Assembly: GCA_002633005.1 (NCBI GenBank)
Contig: NMRA01000248.1
Location: 325,846 to 389,845, forward strand
Reading direction: 5' to 3'
Source: Phoronis australis
Lineage: Eukaryota; Animalia; Phoronida
Length of the DNA: 64,000 nucleotides
In this document: positions 48,525-60,647 of the stretch, piece by piece
How positions within the stretch are numbered: the first letter of the stretch is position 1
Layout of the letters: every line of letters starts with the position of its first letter
Notes under the pieces: model-generated
Database searches by the model: none
What the model was told of the DNA's origin: nothing
Seen by the model: the letters and a program-made list of their open reading frames with translations, nothing else
Program-made: the position numbers and the translations under genes

Positions 48525-49010
48525 ATTTTTATACGCCCTCATATTTATACAATCTTGATGAGATTTGGCAGATGCGTTCCTAGCAAGCTTACGACAGATG
48601 ACAACGAATTTTGGACCTCTTTAGTTACTGGTGTGCCTCCTAGTGGCAATTTTATTTTTTTATGCTTAACTCTGTATCTTCGGATTTTCATAAAATTTAG
48701 TAGTTAGGCATCTATTAGTCAGTGATGCCATCTTCCCGTTTTTCGACAGATTCGAGTACTTTGCGCCACCTAGTGGCCATTTTTACTGTTTTCAAGTCTA
48801 TCAACCAAACTGCTCTAGGGATGATTTTGAAAATTAGCATACATGTTCTTACTGTAAAGAGGACAGCTGACGATGATTTTCCGATGACTTCGACTGCTGT
48901 GGCGCCTCCTAGTGGCAGTTTCGTTTGTTTTTGCGCCCATGGCTCTCATCTCCTAAATGCTCTGCAGTATCTTTATTGAATTGGAAAAAGAATTAAATAC
49001 ACAAAGATAG
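48525..49010 (+). mobile_element. Helentron-associated (HINE/DINE-1-like) repeat; related fragment at ~10553-10945
   Basis: Starts TTTTTATACGCCC; repeated GCGCC(A/T)CCTAGTGGC motifs; the reverse-complement motifs occur at 10640-10815. Confidence 0.4.
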
Positions 49011-49149
49011 ATGATTGTGCACCATGGCCAACTGCAATCATCAGCTGAGCGCTGTGCTTCCTCAAGATTTCGGCCCATTAAGCTCAGGATTTCTCCACAC
49101 AGTTGGCCCGCAACAGCTAGTCGATTTAGTTGCGTTGCAGTTGGCCAAC

Positions 49150-49490
49150 AAGTCCTGGCTCCATTTTAATAACTATCGGACATGTACGTTCGCATAATCC
49201 ATGTGCTACCCTCCAAAGCCTTCTGTCCACACACCCTGACCACCTTCCTGGAATAGTTCACACCCGTAGGCTTCAGGAACCTCCATAAAGATGAAAACGG
49301 AAAACATCGACATCCCACCTCAAAAGGAATCAGTTCACAGCTATAACCTTTCCACTGGACGTCTGTTGCTTGTTCTGCATACCGTAACAGAAACCCTCTT
49401 TGCATGCTACTGTTAGTTCACCAAGAACAAGATGTTGCCTCACTTCACCAAGCAACTCTACATCGGAACGCAAAACATATTTCCATATTT
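49150..49490 (-). mobile_element. HERO/R2-group non-LTR retrotransposon RLE endonuclease remnant
   Basis: LRSDV..., RQHLVLGELTVACKE, then RYAEQATDVQWKGYSCELIPFEVGCRCFPFSSLWRFL...ALEGSTWI (compare RPD, ELTVPWE, PIEVGCRGF, AEKASxWLW). Confidence 0.7.
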
Positions 49491-52400
49491 TTTTTGCATT
49501 TGCAACAGTTTGGTAGAACTAATTTAATTGTAAAGTAGTGATTAGCTCCACAGCAGTGTTCAATTTAAGGACAAGTGCCCCATGGATGTGCAGCATTGTG
49601 GGTAATTATTGCAGAATCAAAGAGGGTGCTGTAGTAATGAAGGACATGGCTACTGAGTTGGAAAAGAATCCTTTTGTATGGAATTTGATTGTGAAAAAGT
49701 CACTCATCTGTACGTGTCACATGTTCTAGAAATTACAGTCAAAACAGACGCAGTAGTACCTTCTATGACTAACTGTTTTTCTGCCAAATAGTCTTAGTCA
49801 GATGTTGTATGCCATTGTTTCAAAACTGGCTGCAGTTGGTCGAAATAAAACATTTACGTACTTGCCAACATAACATTTTTATTTTGGAACAAGAAAGAGG
49901 CTAACTCGACTCTTGCAATGTCACCTATTGAGTAGTGATGAACTAAACATTATTGAAACACCTGTCATCAATTTAAAGCTACTACAAACCCATGAAAACA
50001 GCTTTTGGCTGTGATGACTGTCCAGTTATGAAAATGGTCTTAAAGATACTATGTCTCATTAAAACCGTGAATATTTAAATTTGTAGCAAGCGCCACCTAT
50101 TGTCTTCTTGTAAATTAGAACTTCATTTGCATATTCACTATTTAATGAGACTATGCACCTTTAACTTGTTCTTTATTTAGATTGGAGATGATGTTGAGCA
50201 AACAATGCTTTGTTACTGGTTGAGATCAAGCTCAATAAATTGACAAGATCACTTAAAAACTGAATTTACTCGTATGAGGGTGAGGGTGGTGTGGGCGGGG
50301 GGTGGTCAAACTGTTGGAAATCAATCTTTGCTGGAATATGGAACAAGTTGAGACCAGTTTTATTGAAGCAAATGGTTTGATTCAGTGGATGGCAACTTTT
50401 CTGTCCAATGTTAATGGTGTGCATATAGATGGATTATGTGTCGGCGAATGTATGAACAATTCTAGCTGTGTGCCTGCAGATTTGAGGGCTTGGAACTAAT
50501 CCAGTTAGAATTTAGCATCATCTTCAGCCTTGAGCCAAGATTTTCTTGGTATTCTTACCCAAGTCTCAATCAGATCGTTTCCAGGTGGCGAAGTGTAACC
50601 CCTGTTAGTGATGTCTGATTATCATTCATGGAAGGCAGATGTTACAGTAATTTTTATTTCATACAAAAATAACTATGAATATTATCATTTACTTAACAGG
50701 AAAGACTGGACAATTTACATCATGAAACTGCTTTTGATTAATCCCACTGCAATCATTTCCCTTAATAACTTGGGTTATAACTGGACATAGTAGGGGCGGT
50801 TTGGAGGCACAGGTGAATGGTCAGCATAATTTTTCTAAAACGGTCTTCTTGTCATGATAGTTAGGATCAAGAGCCTGGAATCAACCGTCTTTCTTGGATA
50901 GGTGTGCGTCGCCCGTGTGCCTTTCTTGGACAGGTGTGCCTCACCCCGTGCGCCTTTCCTAGAGGAGATCCTAAATTTGTAGACTTTGACCTGTTTAGAG
51001 AAGTTAAATGAGCATACAATATGTAGTATGTATGGTGGGGCTGTGACTTGTTAAATTATATATACTGTATATATCCTCTGTGTTCTACTTACCACTATGT
51101 CAAGATGGAAAACATCAACAACATATATACAGTAAAGGGTTGTGTTGACAGGTTTATAGAGATATTGTAGTTGACTTCTTGGAATGTACTTTTGGTGGAG
51201 ATTGATGTCTTGTCAAATGTTCTGTTATGTCTTTTTGTCAGCACATTTTGTCAGATTCTTTTATCAGAATGTGGTTGAAATTATGTATATTTCCAACACT
51301 TTAAGGTTAAAAAACTGTGCTTTAATTCTGTCAAAAGAATCAACTTTTGATTTAAGCCACCTTCTGCCCTAAAACTGGTCTCATCTGTTCCTCACTCTGA
51401 TTTGAAATCATTTCTAGTCTTGAGAAGAACAATTGGATCCTTATTTCTTTAGACCAGGTCAGCGTTAAATTGCTTGTCAGGGTGTGTTAGTTTCAGTCTG
51501 AGTTACTTTCAGTCACCAAGACTTCATAGCCATCGGGAGAATTCCAAGCGATTTACTGTAACACATTCGAATTCCAAGAAGTGATCAGAACGCAAATACC
51601 GGTAGGCAGTGTTAAGAAAATTGGTAATTTTAATAATAAATGGTTTCCAGATAGAAAAGCGAAAATGCAGCAATAACTGGGAATATAACAACAATGTATG
51701 ACTCCATGGGGCTATTTACGTGGGTTATGGGAGAGGATTTGGTTTTTGAGATTCCATGACAATTACCGAGATATTCTATGATCCGGCATGTTGTGGGCTC
51801 CACTGTACCAGTTTTTGTCTGAATTATGTTCAAGAGTGAAGTGTTGTTTTTTTGCTAAAGAGCTGCGTCTCGCTTTCTGTGTTTTTGCCTGAGAACAGTG
51901 TCAATTTCCAAAAGAATACCTTTGAAATTTTGGTTGAAGGTGTTTATTCTGCTTAATAACATTAGCCGTCATTTATCACCCTCAAGTGCCACTTGCTGCA
52001 TTCTCTAAACATTTCATTTACTTTTATAAACAAACTTGAAAGGCTGAAGTGGACACAAGCAACAGAATGTTTCAACAACCTGTTAAGCAGCATTTTGATT
52101 ATGGTACTATGGTATCACAAAACCAGCCCACTACAAGCTTAGGTAATGGTCAGCTATAACGTGCCCGAATTTTGAGAACCAGTTTTCTCTACTGAATAAC
52201 GGGCATCAACTGGTTCTCAAAATACAGCACTATATCTTTATTGCCTCAAGCTTGTCTGTCATAAACTAAGTGAACTGTTAAATCCTTGTGGACAGTTTGG
52301 TTCTGTTTTGTAACCCCAGTTTTAGGCTGTTACCCCATTTTTATAGCCACACGCAGTGATTATTAGGTCAAGCCAAAATTGCAAACCACAAACTAGGATT

Positions 52401-53241
52401 CCACAAATGTAGCTGAAGCCAGCTAATCTGGTCTTGTGAGGGACAACCCAACTCCACTCAAGGTTCTGACAACTCGCCATATTCAAAAATATTTTACTAC
52501 TATACATATTCCAGACAAAGGAGTAAGTTTTTTAATGATGGAGCTGTGTACCACTGTCCCCAATTATTAAGAAAACCTGGAGATGACATAAATGTTTTCG
52601 TTTGTTGAAAATGAATAAAAGGTGACTGACTAAACTTGGGGAAAACTCCTGGAAGTTTTGTAAGATAAACGGAACTAAATTTATGAGTGGTATCATGAGT
52701 TCAAAAATAACTTTTAGTCCACTTTTTGGACAACAACCCTAAAAACTTGTGTTTAAGACTCAATGTGGAATTTTATATTGTCAAATTTCTCGACCAAAAA
52801 CAATTTCTAAGAAAGTTTTTTGTACTTTGTTAGGGTGGTTTGTGCATTGCAGTTGTTACATGTGACAAAATTGTTAACATATTTACAGCAATTTTGTAAA
52901 CCTCTGAAAAATGACGATTTTGGCTAAGAATTTTCACTGTAGCTCGCAGAAAAATAAAATTATATGCCAGAAACACATGTGACGTACTACTAACTCACAG
53001 AAAGTATAATCACAGTATGAGTTGGAAACCTGTAAGAAATGTTCTTGGTGACCTCCAAGAAGGTGCCTATGTTACCACAGACTCCAGCCCGGTGAGTCAA
53101 CACATGGCCAGAAACACTGTTGGCTGTGTACACAGTGTGGTTGGGATTAACTGTTACTTCTTGGAGTGATTATGCACTCCCCTCTGCCTTAGGGCCCTCC
53201 GTGTTGCCAGTGTGACATAATAACACACTAGGATATATGTG

Positions 53242-53274
<33 letters not shown>

Positions 53275-53305
53275 TGGGTTGCCCCTGTTTTCAGATTTGT
53301 CATTG

Positions 53306-55708
53306 TGTCACGTTTTTCCCCGTGTGTGGGTGGGCGCAGGTTGTTACAGACCGGTGCTAATAGCTTTCGGTGCGAAGATTGACTGAAGACTGGTTCGAGT
53401 TTATTAATCCTGACCGTACGTTCACAAGCCTACTCAAACAAAACGTCCGACGTAATGTCTGTTTATGCTCCAGCCAGTGCTGCGAAGCCTTGACTTGTAT
53501 TGAACTTCTGAGATATTTCCAGCAACTGTTACACTCGTTGATTCAATAACCTGCTGTCTCTATAGCTGGCTCTCTATTGACTATCGCTGTAACTGCTGAT
53601 TCTCTTTACTGCAACTCAACTGTAGTTCTCCTGATTAACTTACTTGAACTGACTTGATCTTCTCTTGAACTCACGTGATCGTTTCGTACTCAACTAACTA
53701 ATCTTCTTGGACTCAAGTGACTTAATCTCCTTGGACTCGAGTGACGTGATCTTCTTGGACTCAAGTGACTTAATCTGACTAACACAAACCCATGCTTGTG
53801 TATTTATAGCCTAATGCATTGTTCTGGAACTTTTCATCAATTCAAGCACATACCAGAACTTTCTGGAACCTACCCAATCATTCTACAAACATGTACTAGT
53901 CTCTAGAATATTCCAGACTGCATTAATCACTGTCATGCTAGAGTCTTCTAGAAAGTTCCACACTATTTTGTATTAAACAAATTACATCATCACTGTACTT
54001 AATGCAGGGGTCATGCCAATCAGACAGAATAACAAAACAAAACAATACAACTAAAAATACTGTCAGACTATATTCTGACAACACACCCCTGCCAAAGAGA
54101 AAATTACTATAATTTTCTAACACAAAATCATCTAGCATACTTATATAACCTACTATGTCCGCCGCTAGAGTGCTCCCTGACTTGCAGTCTCTGCTTGAGC
54201 CCTGGTAGTCACTACTACCGTTTCCCTGCTGGATTCATCAGGATCTGTTCCTACCGATATGTGGGCCACCTCTTCTCCCTCTAGAGTTGAGGTCACTGGG
54301 TTCTTCTCTTGGGAAGTCGTACCCTTTTGAGAGTCATCTTTCGGACCCTCCACAAGGCTATTGCCTGTATTGTCCTCGTTGGCAGTTGTTGCTCTCTGCT
54401 GTCGCTCAACATTGCCTGGGTCCAAGGCGCCAGGCACGTCCCAGATTATCAAATCGACCACTGGACGCTCCATACACATCGCAAACACTTCTCCTGTGCA
54501 GTACGGTGTCTTGATGTTGACCTTTGTGACAGATAGATATCTCTTGGTAGAGTCCGCCAACTTGCATGACCACTTCCGGCAGGTCATATCTCCTGGTTCG
54601 ACTAGACTGGATCGAACCATAATTGTCGTGCAGCCTGTGTGTCTCAACACTGAGACCTTCTTCATGCCAATATACCCCTCCTTCAGACGCAGCTTTCCTT
54701 TGAAGGCGCGTTCAGGGTTAGCATGCTTCACCGAATCCTTACTCTGAGAACCTCGGTGGCTGACCGCTGCTGACTTTTGGAGTTGCTCTCCCTGCAGACC
54801 CATTTCTTGTCTGAGGGCCATTAACTCCCTTATTTGAGATCTTGTCTCCATAGTGAGTTGCTAATTCCAACAGTCCACTTTATCACACCTTGTTACCGTC
54901 AGTAAGCTCCTGGCGTGCTCGCCAATTGTCACGTTTTTCCCCGTGTGTGAGTGGGCGCAGGTTGTTACAGACCGGTGTTAATAGCTTTCGGTGCAAAGAT
55001 TGACTGAAGACTGGTTCGAGTTAATCCTTTATTAATACCGACCGTACGTTCACAAGCCTACTCAAACAAAACGTCCCACGTAATGTCTGTTTATGCTCCA
55101 GCCAGTGCTGCGAAGCCTTGACTTGTGTTGAACTTCTGAGATATTTCCAGCAACTGTTACACTCGTTGATTCAATAACCTGCTGTCTCTATAGCTGGCTC
55201 TCTATTGACTATCGCTGTAACTGCTGATTCTCTTTACTGCAACTCAACCGTAGTTCTCCTGATTAACTTACTTGAACTGACTTGATCTTCTCTTGAACTC
55301 ACATGATTGTTTCGTACTCAACTAACTAATCTTCTTGGACTCAAGTGACTTAATCTCCTTGGACTCGAGTGACGTGATCTTCTTGGACTCAAGTGACTTG
55401 ATCTGACTAACACAAACCAGTGCTTGTGTATTTATAGCCTAATGCATTGTTCTGGAACTTTTCATCAATTCAAGCACATACCAGAACTTTCTGGAACCTA
55501 CCCAATCCTTCTACAAACATGTACTAGTCTCTAGAATATTCCAGACTGCATTAATCACTGTCATGCTAGAGTCTTCTAGAAAGTTCCACACTATTTTGTA
55601 TTAAACAAATTACATCATCACTGTACTTAATTCAGGGGTCATGCCAATCAGACAGAATAACAAAACAAAACAATACAACTAAAAATACTGTCAGACTATA
55701 TCCTGACA
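53306..55708 (-). mobile_element. Non-autonomous mini LTR retrotransposon (Gypsy/Gmr1-derived) in FREM intron
   Basis: LTRs 53306-54080 and 54927-55708 (TGTCA...TGACA, ~98% identical by eye); TSD CATTG/TATTG; PBS TGGCGAGCACGCCAGGAG after the 5' LTR; PPT-like GGCAGGGGTGTGT before the 3' LTR; 846-bp internal region. Confidence 0.95.
54165..54851 (-). CDS. Gag N-terminus / retroviral-type aspartic protease fusion ORF with catalytic Asp replaced
   Basis: 228-aa ORF: METRSQIRELMALRQEMGLQGEQLQ (Gag start) fused to EGYIGMKKVSVLRHTGCTTIMVRSSLV...LADST...PVVDLIIWDVPG...VVTTRAQA. Confidence 0.7.
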   Translation of the reverse strand: METRSQIRELMALRQEMGLQGEQLQKSAAVSHRGSQSKDSVKHANPERAFKGKLRLKEGYIGMKKVSVLRHTGCTTIMVRSSLVEPGDMTCRKWSCKLADSTKRYLSVTKVNIKTPYCTGEVFAMCMERPVVDLIIWDVPGALDPGNVERQQRATTANEDNTGNSLVEGPKDDSQKGTTSQEKNPVTSTLEGEEVAHISVGTDPDESSRETVVVTTRAQAETASQGAL

Positions 55709-56149
55709 TATTGATTATGTTACATGTCAATTTAAGATACAAGAGATTTCATTTTTTCATATAAAATATGTAGCGCCAAATAAATGCTGTATCGCCTAGT
55801 TCTATATCGTATCTTCCATTAGACAATGTGGGGATTCACACGTTGGATGCCTATGAAAAAAGTAAAAGATCAATATTGAAAATTATTTTTAAAGTGAAGT
55901 TTGTGAGATTGCGCCATACTTGTATTCTATATAACCCTGAGTCACCTTCCCTATTGATATCAAAGATGGAAGGGAGATAAGCTTGTTAAGCACCATTATT
56001 TAACTTTATTAATTATTGTTCATGTAATAATGAAAGTCATTTGTTCTGTTCTTTTTTAAAGAAAATCTTGTTATTTTCTGATGTTTTGCAAAATACACTT
56101 TTGTTTTAGCACCATTCATCTTGTCTCTTACCTCAAGGACTCCATCAGG

Positions 56150-56791
56150 TTTAGGTAGCTGCGAACCTTGTTTACCAGATTGTACTTATGTGCAAATATT
56201 TTAAATTCTGTTAGCTCTAACCCATACAAAGTATATATTTTCTGAAAGGTGAATAAAATTCCTAACACTATTATTCCTTTTCGCTTGACTTTGATATTTT
56301 ACAAGATATGCATTTTTCAGTTAAAAAAATTTGACTTGGAACACAGATTTTAAAAACATTGTTCTTCCAATCATGTTGGTTTTGCCAACATGTTGATACT
56401 GGCATTTTCAAGATCTCATATTTTTGAAGTAGGTCTTAGTTTTTTAATTATCAACTTTTTAGAGCATTTTGAAGGGTTTGTTCCAAAAAACTAGGACCTA
56501 TTTCATAAATCTGTGACTTGGTTCCCTCGAAAATACCATTATCAAAATGTTGACAAAAGAGCAACATGATCGGAAGAAAAATGTTTTTATAATTTTTGTT
56601 CAAAGTCAAAACTTTTTTACTTGAAATGCATATCTCGTTAAAAAATAGGACAGGTAAATAAAAATACTAAATTTTGTTATGAAAATTTTTCACCTTTCAG
56701 AAAATATATACTTTGTAGAGGTTAGAGCTAAGAGAATTTAAGGTATTTGCACATAAGTACAACCTGGTAAATAAGGTTTATAGTTACCTTA
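56150..56791. mobile_element. Kolobok-like foldback MITE
   Basis: Long (~300 bp) imperfect TIRs: AGGTAGCT...TTGTACTTATGTGCAAATA...TACAAAGTATATATTTTCTGAAAGGTGAA versus the reverse complement ending AGTTACCTTAA. Confidence 0.75.
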
Positions 56792-57085
56792 ACCCCTAAT
56801 AAACATGCAGCAAAAACATGGATCATTCCCCTTGCTGGCCATTGGTCTTCTAATTGATGAGATGAGAGAAATGACAAAACCTTATTGTATTGTTAAAGAA
56901 AATAGCAACATTCATTGTCTAGACCTTAAACAGACTCGGGATTTCACTTGCAGGTGCTGTAGTTTCGGTGAAGATTTTGTCAATCTCCTTCAACACCTAA
57001 CCCATTTGATTTACATAGAAAATGTTTGGAATGAACTTATTGTGTTCCAAATGTGGTTATGTTAATTAATTTACTTTCTTTGCAG

Positions 57086-59313
57086 GTTTTTAGCTGTTTC
57101 TTTCCACCAAACTCTGTGAAATATGTTCATAGTGGTAACCCTCTGCTGAAGAAAGACAGGGTCAAAGTTCAAGTTCACTATCTTACTGACAATGACACTA
57201 TTACAGAAACTGTGTATCTTGGTGTTCAAGTCATAGACACGCCCTACGTTTTAATCTTGACCAATCACGACCAACTTGAGCCAGTTTCTGTGAATAAATT
57301 ATCAGGTCGATCCAATCCAATCGACCACTCTGTGTTAAGGTTCCGTTATCATCAAGGAACTGCCAACTGCTCCGTGGGATATTCGAGATACCGAAACGTT
57401 TGGCCGCTGATTGGACGTGTTATGCACAACTATAGAGGCCAATGGCGTGAGGTGAACACCTTCAAATGGGACTGTCATGATTTCATGGTAAAATCATTAC
57501 GCTATGAACACTTTGGACAGCCTACTCCTGATGTAGATTATCTCCCCTTGACAGTAGAGGTCAGTGACCCAGAAATGAGTCGGGATCTTCTGGTGGAGAG
57601 AATCTATTTACCCGTTCACATTAAGGGCAGCTTTCCCAACATGCCACCTAAAGGGAACTTTATGAGTTCATATATGATGGAGGTTGATGAGTTTGTGTTG
57701 GCAACAATCCAGCCAGGAATACTGTCGGCGACTGACAGTGAGACTCCTGCACAGAGTCTAGTGTTCAATGTAAGCAAACCTCTTGACATTGACCAGGGTT
57801 ACTTGGTGAATCTTGAGGACCACGCTCGTCCCATCTCGTCGTTCACCCAAGAGGAAATGAACAACAACTTAATCGCGTACCGACCATCGAACATAAGCCA
57901 TCCTCAGCGAATGATCTACAGCCTGGAATTTACTGTCTTCGACAGCCATTTTGTGTCCAGTAACCCCATAATGCTAGATATCGCTGTTCGGCCTTCAGAA
58001 ACTAATGCTCCACGGGTTGCGGTGAATAAGGGCCTAACGCTACTCGAGGGTCAGAGCCGACCAATAAGATTAAAGAATTTTCAACTGGTTGATAACGACA
58101 ATCTCGATGAAGTCCGTGTGCTGATCAAAGGCGGGGTCCATCATGGCCGACTGACTGTGCATAAAAAACCTGCCATGATGTTCACAGTTGGTGATTTGCG
58201 AGCTGGTGCCCTTGTCTATCATCATGATGATTCCAACAGTGTTCAAGATTTCATCAACTTCCATGTAATGGATGGCCACCATGTTGTTCGCACCAAGTTC
58301 CCCATTTACATCCTTCCCAAAGATGACTCCGCTCCTTTTTTAATCACCAACATCGGTCTTAACCTAAAAGAAGGGGAGACAACTCCTATTTCAGACTTTG
58401 ACCTTCATGCCCATGATGATGATTCCGAGGATGATTACATAATTTATGATGTCATCACTCCACCTAAGCACGGAGAAATAATAAAAATGTACCGTCGCTC
58501 CATGGGAGGGAAGGACGTGCGTACCTTTTACCAGGCTGAGGTTTCACGAGGATTTATTTACTATCGCCATTTTGGTGGAGAGCATTTTTCTGATTCGTTT
58601 GAGATCATTTTACAAGACAGACAAGTTCCGCCCAATGTTTCTCCTAAACAAACTGTGACGGTTACTATAAGTCCCGTCAGTGACATTTCTCCTCAGCTCG
58701 TATCTGGCGTCACAAGATCATTAGACGTGCTTGAGACAGAACTTGCTTTGATATCTGAAAATCAGCTGCTATATACTGATGCAGAGTCTGTGGATGATGA
58801 CTTGGTGTATACAATCACAAGTTTCCCATACTTTGTGAATTCTCGTTCTACGTCAGATGCTGGTCGTATCGTATCTGTAGACAAAGCCCCCATGCTGATG
58901 AAGGACCCCTCTCTGCCTATTATTACGCAGTTCAGACAGAGCCATATCAGACATCACAAGATCGCCTATATTCCCCCGCTCGCCGAGATTGGCACTAAGC
59001 CTAGAACAGTCAACTTTGTGTACATGGTGGAAGATTCCGGTGGGAATCAAGTACGCGATCAAAAATTTCAAATTCATGTACTGCCTGTAAATAACCAACC
59101 TCCTGAGCTCCAAGTCAGAAAGTTGATTCTGAAAGAAGGGACGTTTGCTACGTTGACCTTGAATGAGGTCAATGCCATTGACCCCGATACCGTTGCAGCT
59201 GATCTTGTATTCACTCTGGAGGTGGCACCACTGCATGGTCAATTGAGGCGCAAAAAAGTCCTGGGTGTCGGGTCCAACTTCACCATAGATGATCTGACCA
59301 ATAGGAGACTACG
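57086..59313 (+). CDS. FREM1: FREM1/FRAS1-related ECM protein, large exon (CSPG repeats)
   Basis: TTGCAG acceptor; VFSCFFPPNSVKYVHSG, ILSATDSETP..LVFNV, FTQEE..IAYRP, LVYHHDDS, IYYRHFGGE, IAYIPP, DPDT..LVFTL; donor CG|GTAAG. Confidence 0.95.
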
Positions 59314-59684
59314 GTAAGAGGGAAAGTCAGTGACAGTAGTCTAAACTGTGCATTAGTTGTATGCTTGCTTAGTGCAATACAGTATGTGGGCAATAAAAGC
59401 AGAAAATGTATTTCGAATGAGATAGTAATTTCTTGGTTGAGAAGAAATCCCCTCCTACCCCGTCAACACCAATTCCACTCTGTCATAGACACTGTCCCAA
59501 GTACCAAGACTAATATTTTCCAGAAGCTATTCTAACAAACCTTGATCATTGAAGGGAAATTTGTGGGCTTGAGGGTAACTTTGCATTATTATGAATTATT
59601 TTTCATACAGAAATGGAATCAACATTCGAGGTGTAGAGGGCCCTGTTCTGCTTATTTATTACATTCACTTTTCTCTTTTCACAG

Positions 59685-59826
59685 TTATTTCCATGATGGT
59701 TCCGATGCAGAGACAGACTCCTATCAACTCTCTGTGACGGATGGCTTACACCGTGCACGTCAGACTGTGCATGTTGAGGTCACACCAGTTGATGACCAGC
59801 CTCCAGTCTTAGTGGACAATTTGATG
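59685..59826 (+). CDS. FREM1: FREM-like exon
   Basis: YFHDGSDAETDSYQLSVTDGLHRARQTVHVEVTPVDDQPPVLVDNLM, in phase. Confidence 0.9.
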
Positions 59827-59929
59827 GTGTGTAAACATGAAAGTAACATCACACAAACACACATTATTGTTGACAAACTAACCAGGGACATCCCTGACTG
59901 TAAGTTATGTTACCAACATTTTATTCACC

Positions 59930-60101
59930 TCTCCATATTCTACTTAGCTCCCCCACATTTTACTTAGCTCCCCCACATTTTACTTAGCTCCCCCACATTT
60001 TACTTAGCTCCCCCACATTCTACTTAGCTCCCCCACATTTTACTTCAAAGCCCCACATTCTACTTGATAGCCCCACATTATACTTTACAGCCCCACATTT
60101 T
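59930..60101. repeat. 20-bp minisatellite
   Basis: TACTTAGCTCCCCCACATTT repeated about 8 times. Confidence 0.95.
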
Positions 60102-60417
60102 CCAGTCCTTTATCGACCTTGGTGCATGTTTTCATTGTTGATCAAATCAGAAATCTGAGCTAATTAACACAAACCAACGTTTTCGAAAACATGGCAACAT
60201 CTGGTACTGGCAATGGTAAAATATTTTATAGAACATGCAAACAAAATCAAAGGTATTTGAATTAATGAATTTCCTTTATTGACCTGTGCAAAAGACTCAT
60301 CCCACTCAAGGACTTACAAGTCACTTTAAACCCAAAAGGTACAATTGTCCCCAACACAAAATATATAAACCAATGTGAAATGTACAACACTATATAAATT
60401 ATTTCCATGTGTTTCAG

Positions 60418-60543
60418 GAATGGTTGGAGGTCACAGAAAATGAAGAGGTTACCATAACAACAAAAGTATTGTCTGCTACAGATCCTGACACCGACAAGAG
60501 TCAAGTTTACTTTTTGCTGGTGACGGCACCGAAGCTTGGACAG
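60418..60543 (+). CDS. FREM1: FREM-like exon
   Basis: EWLEVTENEEVTITTKVLSATDPDTDKSQVYFLLVTAPKLGQ between TTTCAG and GT. Confidence 0.88.
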
Positions 60544-60647
60544 GTTCTCTTTGTTAAATTTCACCAATTTTGAACAAAAATAATTGGCAAAATTAATCTT
60601 TTTTCGTTTTTAGGGGCTTCTAATACCGTTTTAAATGCCACTGAAAT

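Noticed and set aside
51630-52100. MULE-like transposase C-terminal remnant
   Set aside because: Motif resemblance too faint to support without a search.
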